Source: Candidatus Enterousia sp. (GTDB lineage: Bacteria; Pseudomonadota; Alphaproteobacteria; Rs-D84). Taken from it: a stretch of DNA of 48,956 nucleotides. The translations under genes were made by a program, and so were the position numbers. This document shows, piece by piece, positions 1 through 8,663 of the stretch. Below the pieces are notes generated by a model, which was not told where the DNA came from, searched no databases, and saw nothing but the letters and a program-made list of their open reading frames with translations. Where the stretch lies: contig JAZRSI010000056.1 of assembly GCA_045651445.1 (NCBI GenBank), positions 1 to 48,956 on the forward strand, in the 5' to 3' direction. The first letter of the stretch is position 1. Each line of letters begins with the position of its first letter.

Positions 1-8
1 GATTTATT

Positions 9-120
9 CTGGTGATTATTGAGCGGGAGCCACCCTCTGTTCCATCCCGAACCAGACAGGGAAACCCCGTATCGCCGATGGTACTTTGGCTTAAGCCACG
101 GAAGAGTAGGTCGTCGCCAG
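9..120 (+). rRNA. rrf: 5S ribosomal RNA (end of an rRNA operon; 23S would lie upstream of the window)
   Basis: CTGGTGA...TCGCCAG closing helix I. Internal CCCGAACC and GATGGTAC 5S-type motifs. Flanked by an 8-9 bp inverted repeat (gatttatt / aataaatc) typical of a processing stem. Confidence 0.85.
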
Positions 121-156
121 AATAAATCCAGTTATCGATATGAAAACCGAATTTCA

Positions 157-178
157 CCGCCCATTGGGCGGTTTTTTA
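157..178 (+). terminator. Rho-independent terminator after 5S (CCGCCCAttGGGCGG + T-run)
   Basis: GC hairpin followed by TTTTTT. The same hairpin recurs at 624 and 1094. Confidence 0.8.
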
Positions 179-231
179 TTGCATATTGTGCATGATATGT
201 TAGTATAAAATATAATATATAAGGATAAAAA

Positions 232-618
232 ATGCCAATTACCCCACTGGGCGCATATCATTATGATGCTTCGGCTGCAATCAAAGTATATAATCATGAA
301 AATGGCGATGTGTATGTAACGCGTGGTGAAAATTTTTATGCGGTACATATTTTTAAGCAAACATCCTCATACAGTGAAGAATACAAGGTTCGTGGACATA
401 TGGATGCGATTGCTGCAAATGAATTCTTTGATATGGCATGCCGTTATGTTCGTGGTGAAATCGAATGGCGCGAACCCGTTCGGAATTTCAGCTGCAAATA
501 TAACCCAAATAAGTCCAAGGGCTGTACGGACAAAAATTGCCCAAAGAATCTAGGTGGCCCAAATTATCGCGAATTTTTTATGAAGTCCTGTCCGTTTCGC
601 AAGGCGCGCACACGCTAA
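232..618 (+). CDS. Hypothetical 128-aa protein, paralog 1 (variable N-half, conserved Cys-rich basic C-half)
   Basis: ORF with its own upstream AT-rich promoter-like region and downstream terminator. The C-terminal ~65 aa are nearly identical to the ORF at 702-1088. Confidence 0.6.
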   Translation: MPITPLGAYHYDASAAIKVYNHENGDVYVTRGENFYAVHIFKQTSSYSEEYKVRGHMDAIAANEFFDMACRYVRGEIEWREPVRNFSCKYNPNKSKGCTDKNCPKNLGGPNYREFFMKSCPFRKARTR

Positions 619-623
619 TACAA

Positions 624-644
624 CCGTCCATTGGGCGGTTTTTT
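624..644 (+). terminator. Rho-independent terminator (CCGTCCAttGGGCGG + T-run), copy 2 of the 5S-type terminator
   Basis: Hairpin plus T-run immediately after the stop at 618. Confidence 0.75.
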
Positions 645-701
645 GTTGCATATTGATAATTTTGCGGTAAAGTTTGCCCGATATAAAAAAAGGGACAGAT
701 T

Positions 702-1088
702 ATGTACGATATGCTAAAAAAAATGGAGCGTAGTGATTGTTTTAGGAAAACGCGTGTTTTTTATCATGAAAATGGGATGGTTTTGCTGGGGGTGGGGCAA
801 CAACATTGTTATGTTGCGGTTATAAAGCAGGAAACGCCCGCGTGTCAATTTATACGTGAACGCGGCAGACTTGATTACATCAGCGCAGAAGAATTCTTTG
901 ACATGGCATGTCGTTATGTTCGTGATGAAATTGAATGGCGCGAACCCGTTCGGAATTTCAGCTGCAAATATAACCCGAATAAGTCCAAGGGCTGTACGGA
1001 CAAAAATTGCCCAAAGAATCTAGGTGGCGCAAATTATCGCGAATTGTTTATGAAGTCCTGTCCGTTTCGCAAGGAGCGCACACGCTAA
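702..1088 (+). CDS. Hypothetical 128-aa protein, paralog 2
   Basis: Same length as 232-618. The C-terminal half (EFFDMACRYVR.EIEWREPVRNFSCKYNPNKSKGCTDKNCPKNLGG.NYRE.FMKSCPFRK.RTR) is almost identical; the N-half is strongly diverged. Confidence 0.6.
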   Translation: MYDMLKKMERSDCFRKTRVFYHENGMVLLGVGQQHCYVAVIKQETPACQFIRERGRLDYISAEEFFDMACRYVRDEIEWREPVRNFSCKYNPNKSKGCTDKNCPKNLGGANYRELFMKSCPFRKERTR

Positions 1089-1093
1089 TACAA

Positions 1094-1113
1094 CCGCCCA
1101 TTGGGCGGTTTTT
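1094..1113. terminator. Bidirectional terminator hairpin (third copy of CCGCCCAttGGGCGG)
   Basis: Lies between convergent genes 702-1088 (+) and 1112-1630 (-). Confidence 0.7.
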
Positions 1114-1630
1114 ATAATCCAAGATAGTTTTTTGCCACTTCGCCGATAACGAATGCGACGATTGATACCCCAGTACATATAATCAGCATTACAATTGCAT
1201 GTCGCCAAAATTTTCTTTTGCGTGCATATCCGATACAGACATTGCATCCAAATATCATCAGTATTGCAATAATAAAAGCACCGATTAGCGCAGTCTTTGT
1301 ATTTGGTATAATCAAGTATGGCATGACCAACAACGCGCATGTCATCAAATAAGCGATACCTGTAATTGCACCTGCGCGCAAGGGGTGTAAATTTCCATCT
1401 GTTTTTTCCGCCAAATAATTAGATGCGGCCATGGACAGTCCTGCTGCGACGGACGCAATAATTGCAGACAGAATAATAAAATGTCTGTCCGTTTGTGCAA
1501 ATGTTAGTCCTGAAATAAGTCCCGTCAGCGACACCAAAGCATCATGCATTCCCAAAACGACAGCGCCCGCGGACGCGAATTTTTTATTTTTCATAAATTG
1601 TATTTTATCGTTATGCGCATATAAAATCAT
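1112..1630 (-). CDS. VIT1/CCC1-family (iron/manganese) membrane transporter, short form
   Basis: Multi-TM protein with VIT-family-like motifs (GMHDALVSLTGLISGL, SMAASNYLAEK). The start codon is uncertain (alternative Met at 1594). Confidence 0.6.
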   Translation of the reverse strand: MILYAHNDKIQFMKNKKFASAGAVVLGMHDALVSLTGLISGLTFAQTDRHFIILSAIIASVAAGLSMAASNYLAEKTDGNLHPLRAGAITGIAYLMTCALLVMPYLIIPNTKTALIGAFIIAILMIFGCNVCIGYARKRKFWRHAIVMLIICTGVSIVAFVIGEVAKNYLGL

Positions 1631-1815
1631 CGGGAAGGTATTCTTGGTGCGTTTATTAAAAAAACTTGACTTTTGAAAAAATAATATTTGAAAAATAAGA
1701 ATTTATTGCTTGACCCGATTCGTTTGAAATTGCTACACTTTAATCAAGAAAGGAATAAAATCCGCAGAAAACCGCGGATTTTATGGGTTGTTTTTTTAAC
1801 AAAAGGAAGGGAAAA

Positions 1816-2727
1816 ATGAAGAAAGTATTATTATCATCACTTGTTGCATTAATGGCAATAACAACTGCAAACGCGGCGGGCGTGTCCGGCATCGCATCAA
1901 CAGACTATGTTGATAATGTGGTTGGTAAGATTGAAATTCCAGACCTTAAAGGTGATGAAAAAACTATCGTGGTCGAAAACGAAACGATTAAGGCAATTAC
2001 TGAAACAGGGGAAATTGGAACGAATGCTACTTCTTTGGTAACATCTGGCGCTGTTAAAACTGCGTTAGATACCAAGGCAGATAAAGAAACAACCTATACA
2101 AAAACAGAAACAGATAATTTGTTGGGCGCCAAGGCGGATAAATCGGATATTGTTACAAAGACACATACTTCGGGTAGTGCGGATACAATTACCGTTACAG
2201 ATGAAAATAACACAGTAACTGTAACTGCGAATGTTGATACTACGCCAACGGCAGATTCTGCGAAATTAATCACATCAGGCGCCGTTAAAACTGCATTAGA
2301 TACCAAGGCAGATAGCGCCACAACCTATACAAAAACAGAAACAGATAATTTGTTGGGCGCCAAGGCGGATAAATCGGATATTGTTACAAAGACACATACT
2401 TCGGGTAATGAGGATACAATTTCCGTTACGGATGTAAATAACACAGTAACTGTAACTGCGAATGTTGATACTGCGCCAACGGCAGATTCTGCGAAATTAA
2501 TCACATCAGGCGCCGTTAAAACTGCATTAGATACCAAGGCAGATCAGACAGCGGTTGATGCTTTGGCAACAGACGCAGTGCGTGTTGATGCTAATAAAAA
2601 TATGATTGTTGAAAATAATACCGATTATGGCGATTGTGCCGTTGGTGATACATGTACATTGGTTGCGGTCAGAACGGCATCTGGTATGCAATCCGTATGG
2701 AAAAAGATTTTCCCAGCCGCACAATAA
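1816..2727 (+). CDS. Exported repeat protein (signal peptide; fibre/adhesin-like TSGAVKTALDTKAD and TYTKTETDNLLGAKADKSDIV repeats)
   Basis: AAGGAAGGG SD 6 nt before the ATG. MKKVLLSSLVALMAITTANA signal peptide. Near-identical internal 80-aa repeats. Confidence 0.75.
   Translation: MKKVLLSSLVALMAITTANAAGVSGIASTDYVDNVVGKIEIPDLKGDEKTIVVENETIKAITETGEIGTNATSLVTSGAVKTALDTKADKETTYTKTETDNLLGAKADKSDIVTKTHTSGSADTITVTDENNTVTVTANVDTTPTADSAKLITSGAVKTALDTKADSATTYTKTETDNLLGAKADKSDIVTKTHTSGNEDTISVTDVNNTVTVTANVDTAPTADSAKLITSGAVKTALDTKADQTAVDALATDAVRVDANKNMIVENNTDYGDCAVGDTCTLVAVRTASGMQSVWKKIFPAAQ
2041..2520 (+). repeat. Two near-identical in-frame 240-bp tandem repeats inside the 1816-2727 gene (a partial third copy follows)
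   Basis: The sequence at 2041-2280 recurs at 2281-2520 with few substitutions. Confidence 0.85.
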
Positions 2728-2749
2728 ATATAAAATTGTAAAAAATAAA

Positions 2750-2777
2750 CACCCCAAAATCATCGGGGTGTTTTTTT
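2750..2777 (+). terminator. Rho-independent terminator (CACCCCaaaatcatcGGGGTG + T7)
   Basis: Hairpin plus T-run after the stop at 2727. Confidence 0.8.
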
Positions 2778-2788
2778 ATTGTTGTTAT

Positions 2789-2886
2789 CCGAACCCTACG
2801 GGTTCAATTCCCGGGAACGCCAAACAAAAATAAAACCCGACCACGCGGGTCGGATTTAATTTTTATGGCAGTCCCAACGGGAATGT
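2789..2886. repeat. Direct repeat copy A (~98 bp): palindromic segment, bidirectional terminator hairpin and a displaced 21-nt tRNA-Glu 3' end
   Basis: Nearly identical to 2977-3074 (period 188 bp). On the minus strand it ends CATTCCCGTTGGGACTGCCA. Confidence 0.85.
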
Positions 2887-2976
2887 ATATTCCCATCTGT
2901 GGCGCGTCGCCACAATCGGCCCCTTTCACTACGTAAGACTCGAACGTCGCGTGGCTTGTTCTCGTCAACTGACGTT

Positions 2977-3074
2977 CCGAACCCTACGGGTTCAATTCCC
3001 GGGAACGCCAAATAAAAATAAAACCCGACCACACGGGTCGGATTTAATTTTTATGGCAGTACCAACGGGAATGG
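2977..3074. repeat. Direct repeat copy B (~98 bp), overlapping the 3' end of the intact tRNA-Glu gene
   Basis: Matches 2789-2886. Confidence 0.85.
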
Positions 3075-3128
3075 AACCCGTGTTACCAGAATGAGAATCT
3101 GATGTCCTAACCGCTAGACGATGGGACC
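3054..3128 (-). tRNA. tRNA-Glu (anticodon CUC as read), CCA encoded
   Basis: Cloverleaf by hand: GGTCCCA/TC/GTCT-AGCGGTTA-GGAC/A/TCAGA-TTCTCAT-TCTGG/TAAC/ACGGG-TTCCATT-CCCGT/TGGTACT/G/CCA. There is one C4-U69 mismatch in the acceptor stem. Confidence 0.75.
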
Positions 3129-3242
3129 AAAATCTTTATATATCTTATACGTAATAATAAAATATTTCAAACGAAAGTTTTTCTTGCGCAAAAAAAATTA
3201 TTCTTCTAGCATTGTTTGTAAATAAAAAAGGTGTTTGTTGTT

Positions 3243-3986
3243 ATGAATCTTAGACGTTTTTTTGCGAATATAGTTTGTGGTTTTATCCCAAGTAAAAAAT
3301 TACGCAGCAAGGTTCGCGTTGTTCTGCGTTATCCTTTGTCGCGTTCTTATATCAAGTATGTTCGTGATTGGGCTGAAAAAAATGATGGTGGATTGAATAA
3401 ATTGTCGATTGCGTTTGGTGTTGGTTGCAAGAATTTAATTGTAATTGCAAATGAAAAAAATGTGTTCAAGTTTTCTTTGACGACCGATGGCGCCGCGGCG
3501 GCGGAACGTGAAATGCGCATAACGGATGCGTTTAAAAAAATTACCCCAATTCCAATGCCGAATATGGAATTAATAAAGTGGCGCGGTATTACAATTCGCC
3601 GTCAGGAATTTTTTTCAGGTAAATTAATCGGGGATTTTGAACCGTCTTATGTTTTAGAAAATCGTGAAAAGGTTGCAAAACAATTGGCTAATTTTTTGTA
3701 TGTTATCGGTATGTCAGATCCAAAAGAAATTTGTGATTTAAAACCATCATTGAAATCAAAGCCGGGTTATTTGTATGGTTGGTTTCATAACGATATTGGT
3801 CAAAATTTTATGATGGACGACGAATTAAATATAACTGGCTTTATTGATTGGGAAAACACAGATTTTTGTGATTGGAAGCCGACCTTGTACGCCGCGGAAC
3901 GTCATTGGGACAAAAATGGATATCGTGGTTTGATGGTGGATGTTATGTCAGAATATTCGAAATTATATTATGGAAGCCGCAAATAA
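3243..3986 (+). CDS. Phosphotransferase-family (APH/choline-kinase-like) protein
   Basis: Kinase-like catalytic motifs WFHNDIGQNF (HxDxxxxN) and GFIDWEN. The ATG at 3243 is preferred over the GTG at 3231. Confidence 0.65.
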   Translation: MNLRRFFANIVCGFIPSKKLRSKVRVVLRYPLSRSYIKYVRDWAEKNDGGLNKLSIAFGVGCKNLIVIANEKNVFKFSLTTDGAAAAEREMRITDAFKKITPIPMPNMELIKWRGITIRRQEFFSGKLIGDFEPSYVLENREKVAKQLANFLYVIGMSDPKEICDLKPSLKSKPGYLYGWFHNDIGQNFMMDDELNITGFIDWENTDFCDWKPTLYAAERHWDKNGYRGLMVDVMSEYSKLYYGSRK

Positions 3987-4015
3987 AAAAAACCGCCAAT
4001 CGGCGGATTTTTTTA
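3985..4015. terminator. Bidirectional terminator (A-run, CCGCCaatcGGCGG, T-run) between convergent genes
   Basis: Hairpin flanked by an A-run and a T-run. Confidence 0.8.
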
Positions 4016-4019
4016 TTTA

Positions 4020-4172
4020 TTAATTAGCAGCTGTTGCGGCCAATCTTTTACGTCCCGCTGCGCGACGACGATTCAAAACATCGCGACCACCGGCGGTTGC
4101 CATTCTTGCACGGAAACCGTGTGTACGAACACGACGTGTCTTGGATGGTTGATATGTACGTTTTGTTGCCAT
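4020..4172 (-). CDS. rpmH: 50S ribosomal protein L34
   Basis: Hand translation gives [50 protein letters not shown] (50 aa). It is below the ORF-track length cutoff. Confidence 0.9.
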   Translation of the reverse strand: MATKRTYQPSKTRRVRTHGFRARMATAGGRDVLNRRRAAGRKRLAATAAN

Positions 4173-4424
4173 GATTTCAAACCCTTGTTTAGTTTTTGTT
4201 TTTTTCTTGTTTTGTATCCCATTGTGTTTGGTCGAGCAGCATCATAACAACACATGGAATAAATCCGTTCGTGCGTCTATTTAATCATATGGAATATAAA
4301 AACGCAACCTTTTTATTTAGATTTTATAAATCCAAGTTTTTTTAGTGCCTCTAACATAATAAGGTACACGAATATACAAGCGCAAAGATTTCTTAGTGGT
4401 AAAAACATTTTTCTTTCCTTGGTG

Positions 4425-4607
4425 TTATTTCTTTTTGCCGATAACTTTTTCTATAACCCGAAGTGCGTTTTGCAAGTTTCCCAAGAACCATGTCTGATAT
4501 GTGAATTTCATTTTGTCCACGGTGTATGGGTCTTCGGCATCCCTTTGTGTTTTTGCATAATCATGCAATTCTTCGATAGTGTCTTGGGTATCTTTTATAA
4601 AACTCAT
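4425..4607 (-). CDS. Hypothetical small acidic protein (60 aa)
   Basis: Balanced, protein-like composition, unlike the Phe/Cys-rich antisense ORF. Weak AAGGA upstream. Confidence 0.35.
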   Translation of the reverse strand: MSFIKDTQDTIEELHDYAKTQRDAEDPYTVDKMKFTYQTWFLGNLQNALRVIEKVIGKKK

Positions 4608-4752
4608 GTTTTGTATTTTCCTTATTTTAATTGCGGGAATATTGTTTCACAAAACCTTGTTTTTGTCAAATGATTTTTTGGGCTTTATTTCTTGACCGAA
4701 CGCCCAAGTTTTTGCTATGTTTGGTATATGAAAAACAATAGGGAAAGGTACT

Positions 4753-7488
4753 ATGTCTGAAAATATCAATGAAGTAAACGAAGTAAGGGTTCCACAGTCG
4801 TCATTAGAACACGAAATGCGGACCAGTTTTTTGGATTATGCGATGTCGGTTATTGTTGACCGTGCGTTACCAGATGTTCGCGATGGTTGTAAACCTGTTC
4901 ATCGTAGAATTTTGTACGTTATGAACGATGTTGCGCCTGCGACAAAGCCAACGGTTAAGTCTGCGCGTATTGTCGGTGATGTTATGGGTAAATACCATCC
5001 ACATGGCGATAGTTCTATTTACGAAGCGATGGTTCGTATGGGACAAGATTTTTCCATGGGTGAAATGTTGGTCCAGGGGCAGGGTAACTTTGGTTCACGC
5101 GACGGGGACAAGGCGGCGGCTATGCGTTACACCGAAGCCAGACTTTCAAAACTTGGCGCATCCTTGATGGATGATATGGAAAAAGATACGGTTGATTGGA
5201 TGCCGAACTTTGATGGTTCGTTACAAGAACCGGTTGTGTTGCCTGCGAAGTTCCCAAATTTCTTGGTTAATGGTGGTTCGGGGATTGCGGTTGGTATGGC
5301 GACAAATGTTCCGACTTATAATTTGGGTGAAATTTGTAATGGTATTCTGGCGATTTTGGAAAACAAAGATTTGTCAGATGATGAATTGTTTACGATAATT
5401 CCGGGACCTGATTTTCCAACGGGTGCAATGATTATGGGGCGTGCCGGCGCTTACAAGGCGCATACTACGGGGCGTGGTTCGATAATTGTTCGCTCTAAAA
5501 CACATATCGAAGATTTTCGTGATCATCAGGCGATTATTGTTGATGAAATTCCTTATCAGGTCAATAAGGCCCAATTGATTATAAAAATTGCCGAATTGAT
5601 AAAAGACAAACGTATCGAAGGTATTTCTGAAATTCGCGACGAATCATCCAAGGAAGGTTTGCGTATTGTTGTTGAATTAAAACGTGATGCGATTGCGGAT
5701 GTTGTTTTAAATCATCTGTTTCAGTACACAGAAATGCAAACAAGTTTTCCTGTTAATATGATGGCGTTAAATCGTGGTCGTCCGATGTTATTTAATGTGC
5801 GTGGTGTATTGGATGCCTTTATTGATTTCAGGGCCGAAGTTATACGTCGCAGAACGATTTTTGATTTGAACAAGGCGCGTAATCGTGCACATACTTTGTT
5901 GGGCTTGTCAGTTGCGGTTGGAAACTTGGACGAAGTTATTGAATTAATCAAATCCAGTCCAAATCCAGAAACGGCACGCGAAGCGTTGATTTCACGTGGT
6001 TGGCGTGCATCTGATATTGAATCTTATATTCAATTGATTGACGATCCAAACACAGAATACAAAGACGGAATGTTTTATATGTCCGAAGATCAGGCGCGTG
6101 CGATTTTGGAATTGCAGTTGCATCGTTTAACGGGTCTTGAACGCGACAAGATTCATGATGATTTAACGAATCTTGGTGCGACGATACGTGATTTATTGGA
6201 AATCTTGGGCAGTGCCGAACGCATTATGGAAATTATTCGTGATGAAACAATTTCTGTTCGTGATAATTGGGCGTCCCCACGTCGCACAGAAATTTCTGAT
6301 GCAGAAATTGACATCGATATCGAAGACTTGATTGCGCGCGAAGATATGGTTGTAACTGTTTCTAATACGGGTTATATCAAACGTGTTGCGCTGGATACGT
6401 ATCGTGCACAAAAGCGTGGTGGCAAGGGACGTAATGCAATGGCAACCAAGGATGATGATTATGTCGTTCAAGTATTTGTTGCAAATACTCATACACCATT
6501 ATTGTTCTTTAGTTCCAAGGGATTGTGTTATAAATTAAAGACATATAAATTACCAGAGGCTGCGGCTGCGGCCAAGGGGCGTCCATTGGTAAATCTATTG
6601 CCATTGGAAAACGGCGAAACGATTACTGCGATATTGCCTGTCCCCGAAGAAGATGTCGCACGCGTTACAGAATCTGGCAAAGAACATTTCTTGATGTTTG
6701 CGACGGCGTCTGGAACGGTACGTCGTAATCGTATGTCTGATTTTGATTCGATACGTGCGAATGGCAAGATTGCAATGAAACTGGACGAAGGCGATAGTTT
6801 GATTTCTGTACTGCCGTGTAACGAAGACCAAGATGTATTCTTGGCGACATATCGTGGTCGTGCAATTCGATTCCCTGTGCCGGAAATTCGTGTGTTTGCG
6901 GGTCGCAATTCGACTGGTGTTCGTGGTATTACATTGGGCAAAGACGACAGAATTATTGATATGGCGATGTTAAATCGTGGTGAATCCGATAGTGCAATTC
7001 GTGCGGCTTATATCAAGCAATCTCGTGCGACGCGTCGTGCGGAAACCGGCATCGAAGAAGAAGCAGATTCTGACGAAGAAGAAACAACACTTGTTCTTGA
7101 CGACGCGAAAATGGCGCAAATGGCGGCGGCCGAAGAATTTATTTTGACGATTTCAGAAAATGGATTTGGTAAACGAACCAGTTCGTATGAATATCGTTTG
7201 ACCCATCGTGGTGGTGGTGGTTTCACTAACATTAAACTGGGGGGCAAAAATACGGCTGTTGCGGGTTCGTTCCCTGTAACTGATAACCAAGATATTATAA
7301 TGGTTACAGATGGTGGCAAGATTATCCGTACACCTGTTTCGGATGTAAGAATTGCTGGGCGTTCAACTGCGGGTGTTACATTGTTCCGCACTGCTGAAAA
7401 AGAAAAGGTTGTATCGGCGATTTCAATAGAAGGTGCATCTGACGAAGATGCGGATGTTGTCGAAGCGACTGAAACGGTATCGGAATAA
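4753..7488 (+). CDS. gyrA: DNA gyrase subunit A
   Basis: Canonical N-terminus ([12 protein letters not shown], active-site-region [10 protein letters not shown]) and C-terminal beta-pinwheel repeats. 911 aa. Confidence 0.97.
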   Translation: MSENINEVNEVRVPQSSLEHEMRTSFLDYAMSVIVDRALPDVRDGCKPVHRRILYVMNDVAPATKPTVKSARIVGDVMGKYHPHGDSSIYEAMVRMGQDFSMGEMLVQGQGNFGSRDGDKAAAMRYTEARLSKLGASLMDDMEKDTVDWMPNFDGSLQEPVVLPAKFPNFLVNGGSGIAVGMATNVPTYNLGEICNGILAILENKDLSDDELFTIIPGPDFPTGAMIMGRAGAYKAHTTGRGSIIVRSKTHIEDFRDHQAIIVDEIPYQVNKAQLIIKIAELIKDKRIEGISEIRDESSKEGLRIVVELKRDAIADVVLNHLFQYTEMQTSFPVNMMALNRGRPMLFNVRGVLDAFIDFRAEVIRRRTIFDLNKARNRAHTLLGLSVAVGNLDEVIELIKSSPNPETAREALISRGWRASDIESYIQLIDDPNTEYKDGMFYMSEDQARAILELQLHRLTGLERDKIHDDLTNLGATIRDLLEILGSAERIMEIIRDETISVRDNWASPRRTEISDAEIDIDIEDLIAREDMVVTVSNTGYIKRVALDTYRAQKRGGKGRNAMATKDDDYVVQVFVANTHTPLLFFSSKGLCYKLKTYKLPEAAAAAKGRPLVNLLPLENGETITAILPVPEEDVARVTESGKEHFLMFATASGTVRRNRMSDFDSIRANGKIAMKLDEGDSLISVLPCNEDQDVFLATYRGRAIRFPVPEIRVFAGRNSTGVRGITLGKDDRIIDMAMLNRGESDSAIRAAYIKQSRATRRAETGIEEEADSDEEETTLVLDDAKMAQMAAAEEFILTISENGFGKRTSSYEYRLTHRGGGGFTNIKLGGKNTAVAGSFPVTDNQDIIMVTDGGKIIRTPVSDVRIAGRSTAGVTLFRTAEKEKVVSAISIEGASDEDADVVEATETVSE

Positions 7489-7506
7489 AATTAATGGGGC
7501 GCAGGC

Positions 7507-7905
7507 ATGGAAAACAACGAATATTTTGTGTCTATAAACGAAGTATCAAAACGTTTAGGTGTGCCTGCGCATACTTTGCGATATTGGGAAAAGCAATTTC
7601 CTGTGGCGATACGTCCGACAACCGGTGCGGGCGGACGTCGTTATTATCGCAATGAAACTGTAACAAAGTTGATGGTAATCAAGGATTTGCTTTACACGCA
7701 TGGTATGACGATTGCCGGGGTCAAGAAATTGCTGCGTGATGGTAATCTGCCAGACACGACCGAGGGTTTATTGAATAGTGTAAAAAATTCCGTCCCAGAA
7801 ACGGTCGTTTCTATGCCGTCTATGCCACAGGTAAATTCATTTGATTCTGACAAGATAGATGCTGCGCTAACATTGTTAAAAAATGCGCGTAATTTATTGG
7901 GTTAG
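7507..7905 (+). CDS. MerR-family transcriptional regulator
   Basis: N-terminal HTH INEVSKRLGVPAHTLRYWEKQF. Confidence 0.8.
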   Translation: MENNEYFVSINEVSKRLGVPAHTLRYWEKQFPVAIRPTTGAGGRRYYRNETVTKLMVIKDLLYTHGMTIAGVKKLLRDGNLPDTTEGLLNSVKNSVPETVVSMPSMPQVNSFDSDKIDAALTLLKNARNLLG

Positions 7906-7906
7906 T

Positions 7907-8464
7907 TTAAAAACTATAATTTAACGAAAGTCCAATAAAATTAAATCCGTGATTAATTTCTGTAAAGTCGCCATTCGAGAAATGTAGTGTAAACAATTCT
8001 GCGTTTAAATTTTCTGCGATATGTTTTCCGACAAAAACTTTTTCACCGAAAACTAGTCTGCTTTCTACGTATTCATCTGCGCTATCGCGCATATATGGCC
8101 CAAGGCCTGCGCCAATGTACCATCCGCGCCAATTAAAAAAAGCAATATCCCATGATATCCCCAGTGCGCCGAACGACGCGCCATCATTGCTGCGGTATGC
8201 AAAATTTTGTAACAGTTGTATATTTACGCGTGATGGTAATCGCAAAAATCGTGTTGGTTGGCTATATTGTATTGCGACCATTGTCATTGGTGAAAAATCC
8301 CATTCCCAAGGCATAATCAAATGCCCCAAATCACCGTGTCCTGTACTTTGTGCGATTTGTATGCTAATAGAATTTATTTTGTGGTTTTCGAACATCGGAT
8401 TTGTGTAATTTGCCAATAACGAATTTGGCGTAGCCAGAATAATAAAAATCCAAATTTTTTTCAT
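7907..8464 (-). CDS. Acyloxyacyl hydrolase / PagL-like lipid A deacylase outer-membrane protein
   Basis: Signal peptide, small beta-barrel pattern, HFSNG (His/Ser catalytic motif), C-terminal aromatic residue. Confidence 0.6.
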   Translation of the reverse strand: MKKIWIFIILATPNSLLANYTNPMFENHKINSISIQIAQSTGHGDLGHLIMPWEWDFSPMTMVAIQYSQPTRFLRLPSRVNIQLLQNFAYRSNDGASFGALGISWDIAFFNWRGWYIGAGLGPYMRDSADEYVESRLVFGEKVFVGKHIAENLNAELFTLHFSNGDFTEINHGFNFIGLSLNYSF

Positions 8465-8663
8465 ACGTTAAATTATATTCCATAAAAAAAGATAATCCAA
8501 TCGGATAGAATTCCTGAAATAATATTAAGATTATACGTTGTTTGTTGTTTACAGACCTAAAAAAAATTGTTATAATTAAATAAATTAAACATGCATCCTG
8601 CGTGGTGTAATGCTATCGAAAGGTTGGGTTTCTGGGCCTTTTACCAGAAGACAGGGGGAATTT

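Noticed and set aside
2789-2823. A plus-strand segment, CCGAACCCTACGGGTTCAATTCCCGGGAACGCCA, looks like a tRNA T-arm plus acceptor end. It is repeated at 2977.
   Set aside because: No upstream sequence completes a cloverleaf. The acceptor would be too short if CCA is taken as encoded. The segment is better explained by two overlapping palindromes (GAACCCtacGGGTTC and TTCCCGGGAA). It also lacks the G3-U70 and ACCA features of a tmRNA acceptor piece.
5374-7391. Several 66-137-aa ORFs antisense or out of frame within gyrA (for example 6528-6941 and 7008-7391).
   Set aside because: They are fully contained in the high-confidence gyrA reading frame and have low-complexity or Arg/Ser-rich composition. 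They are shadow ORFs.
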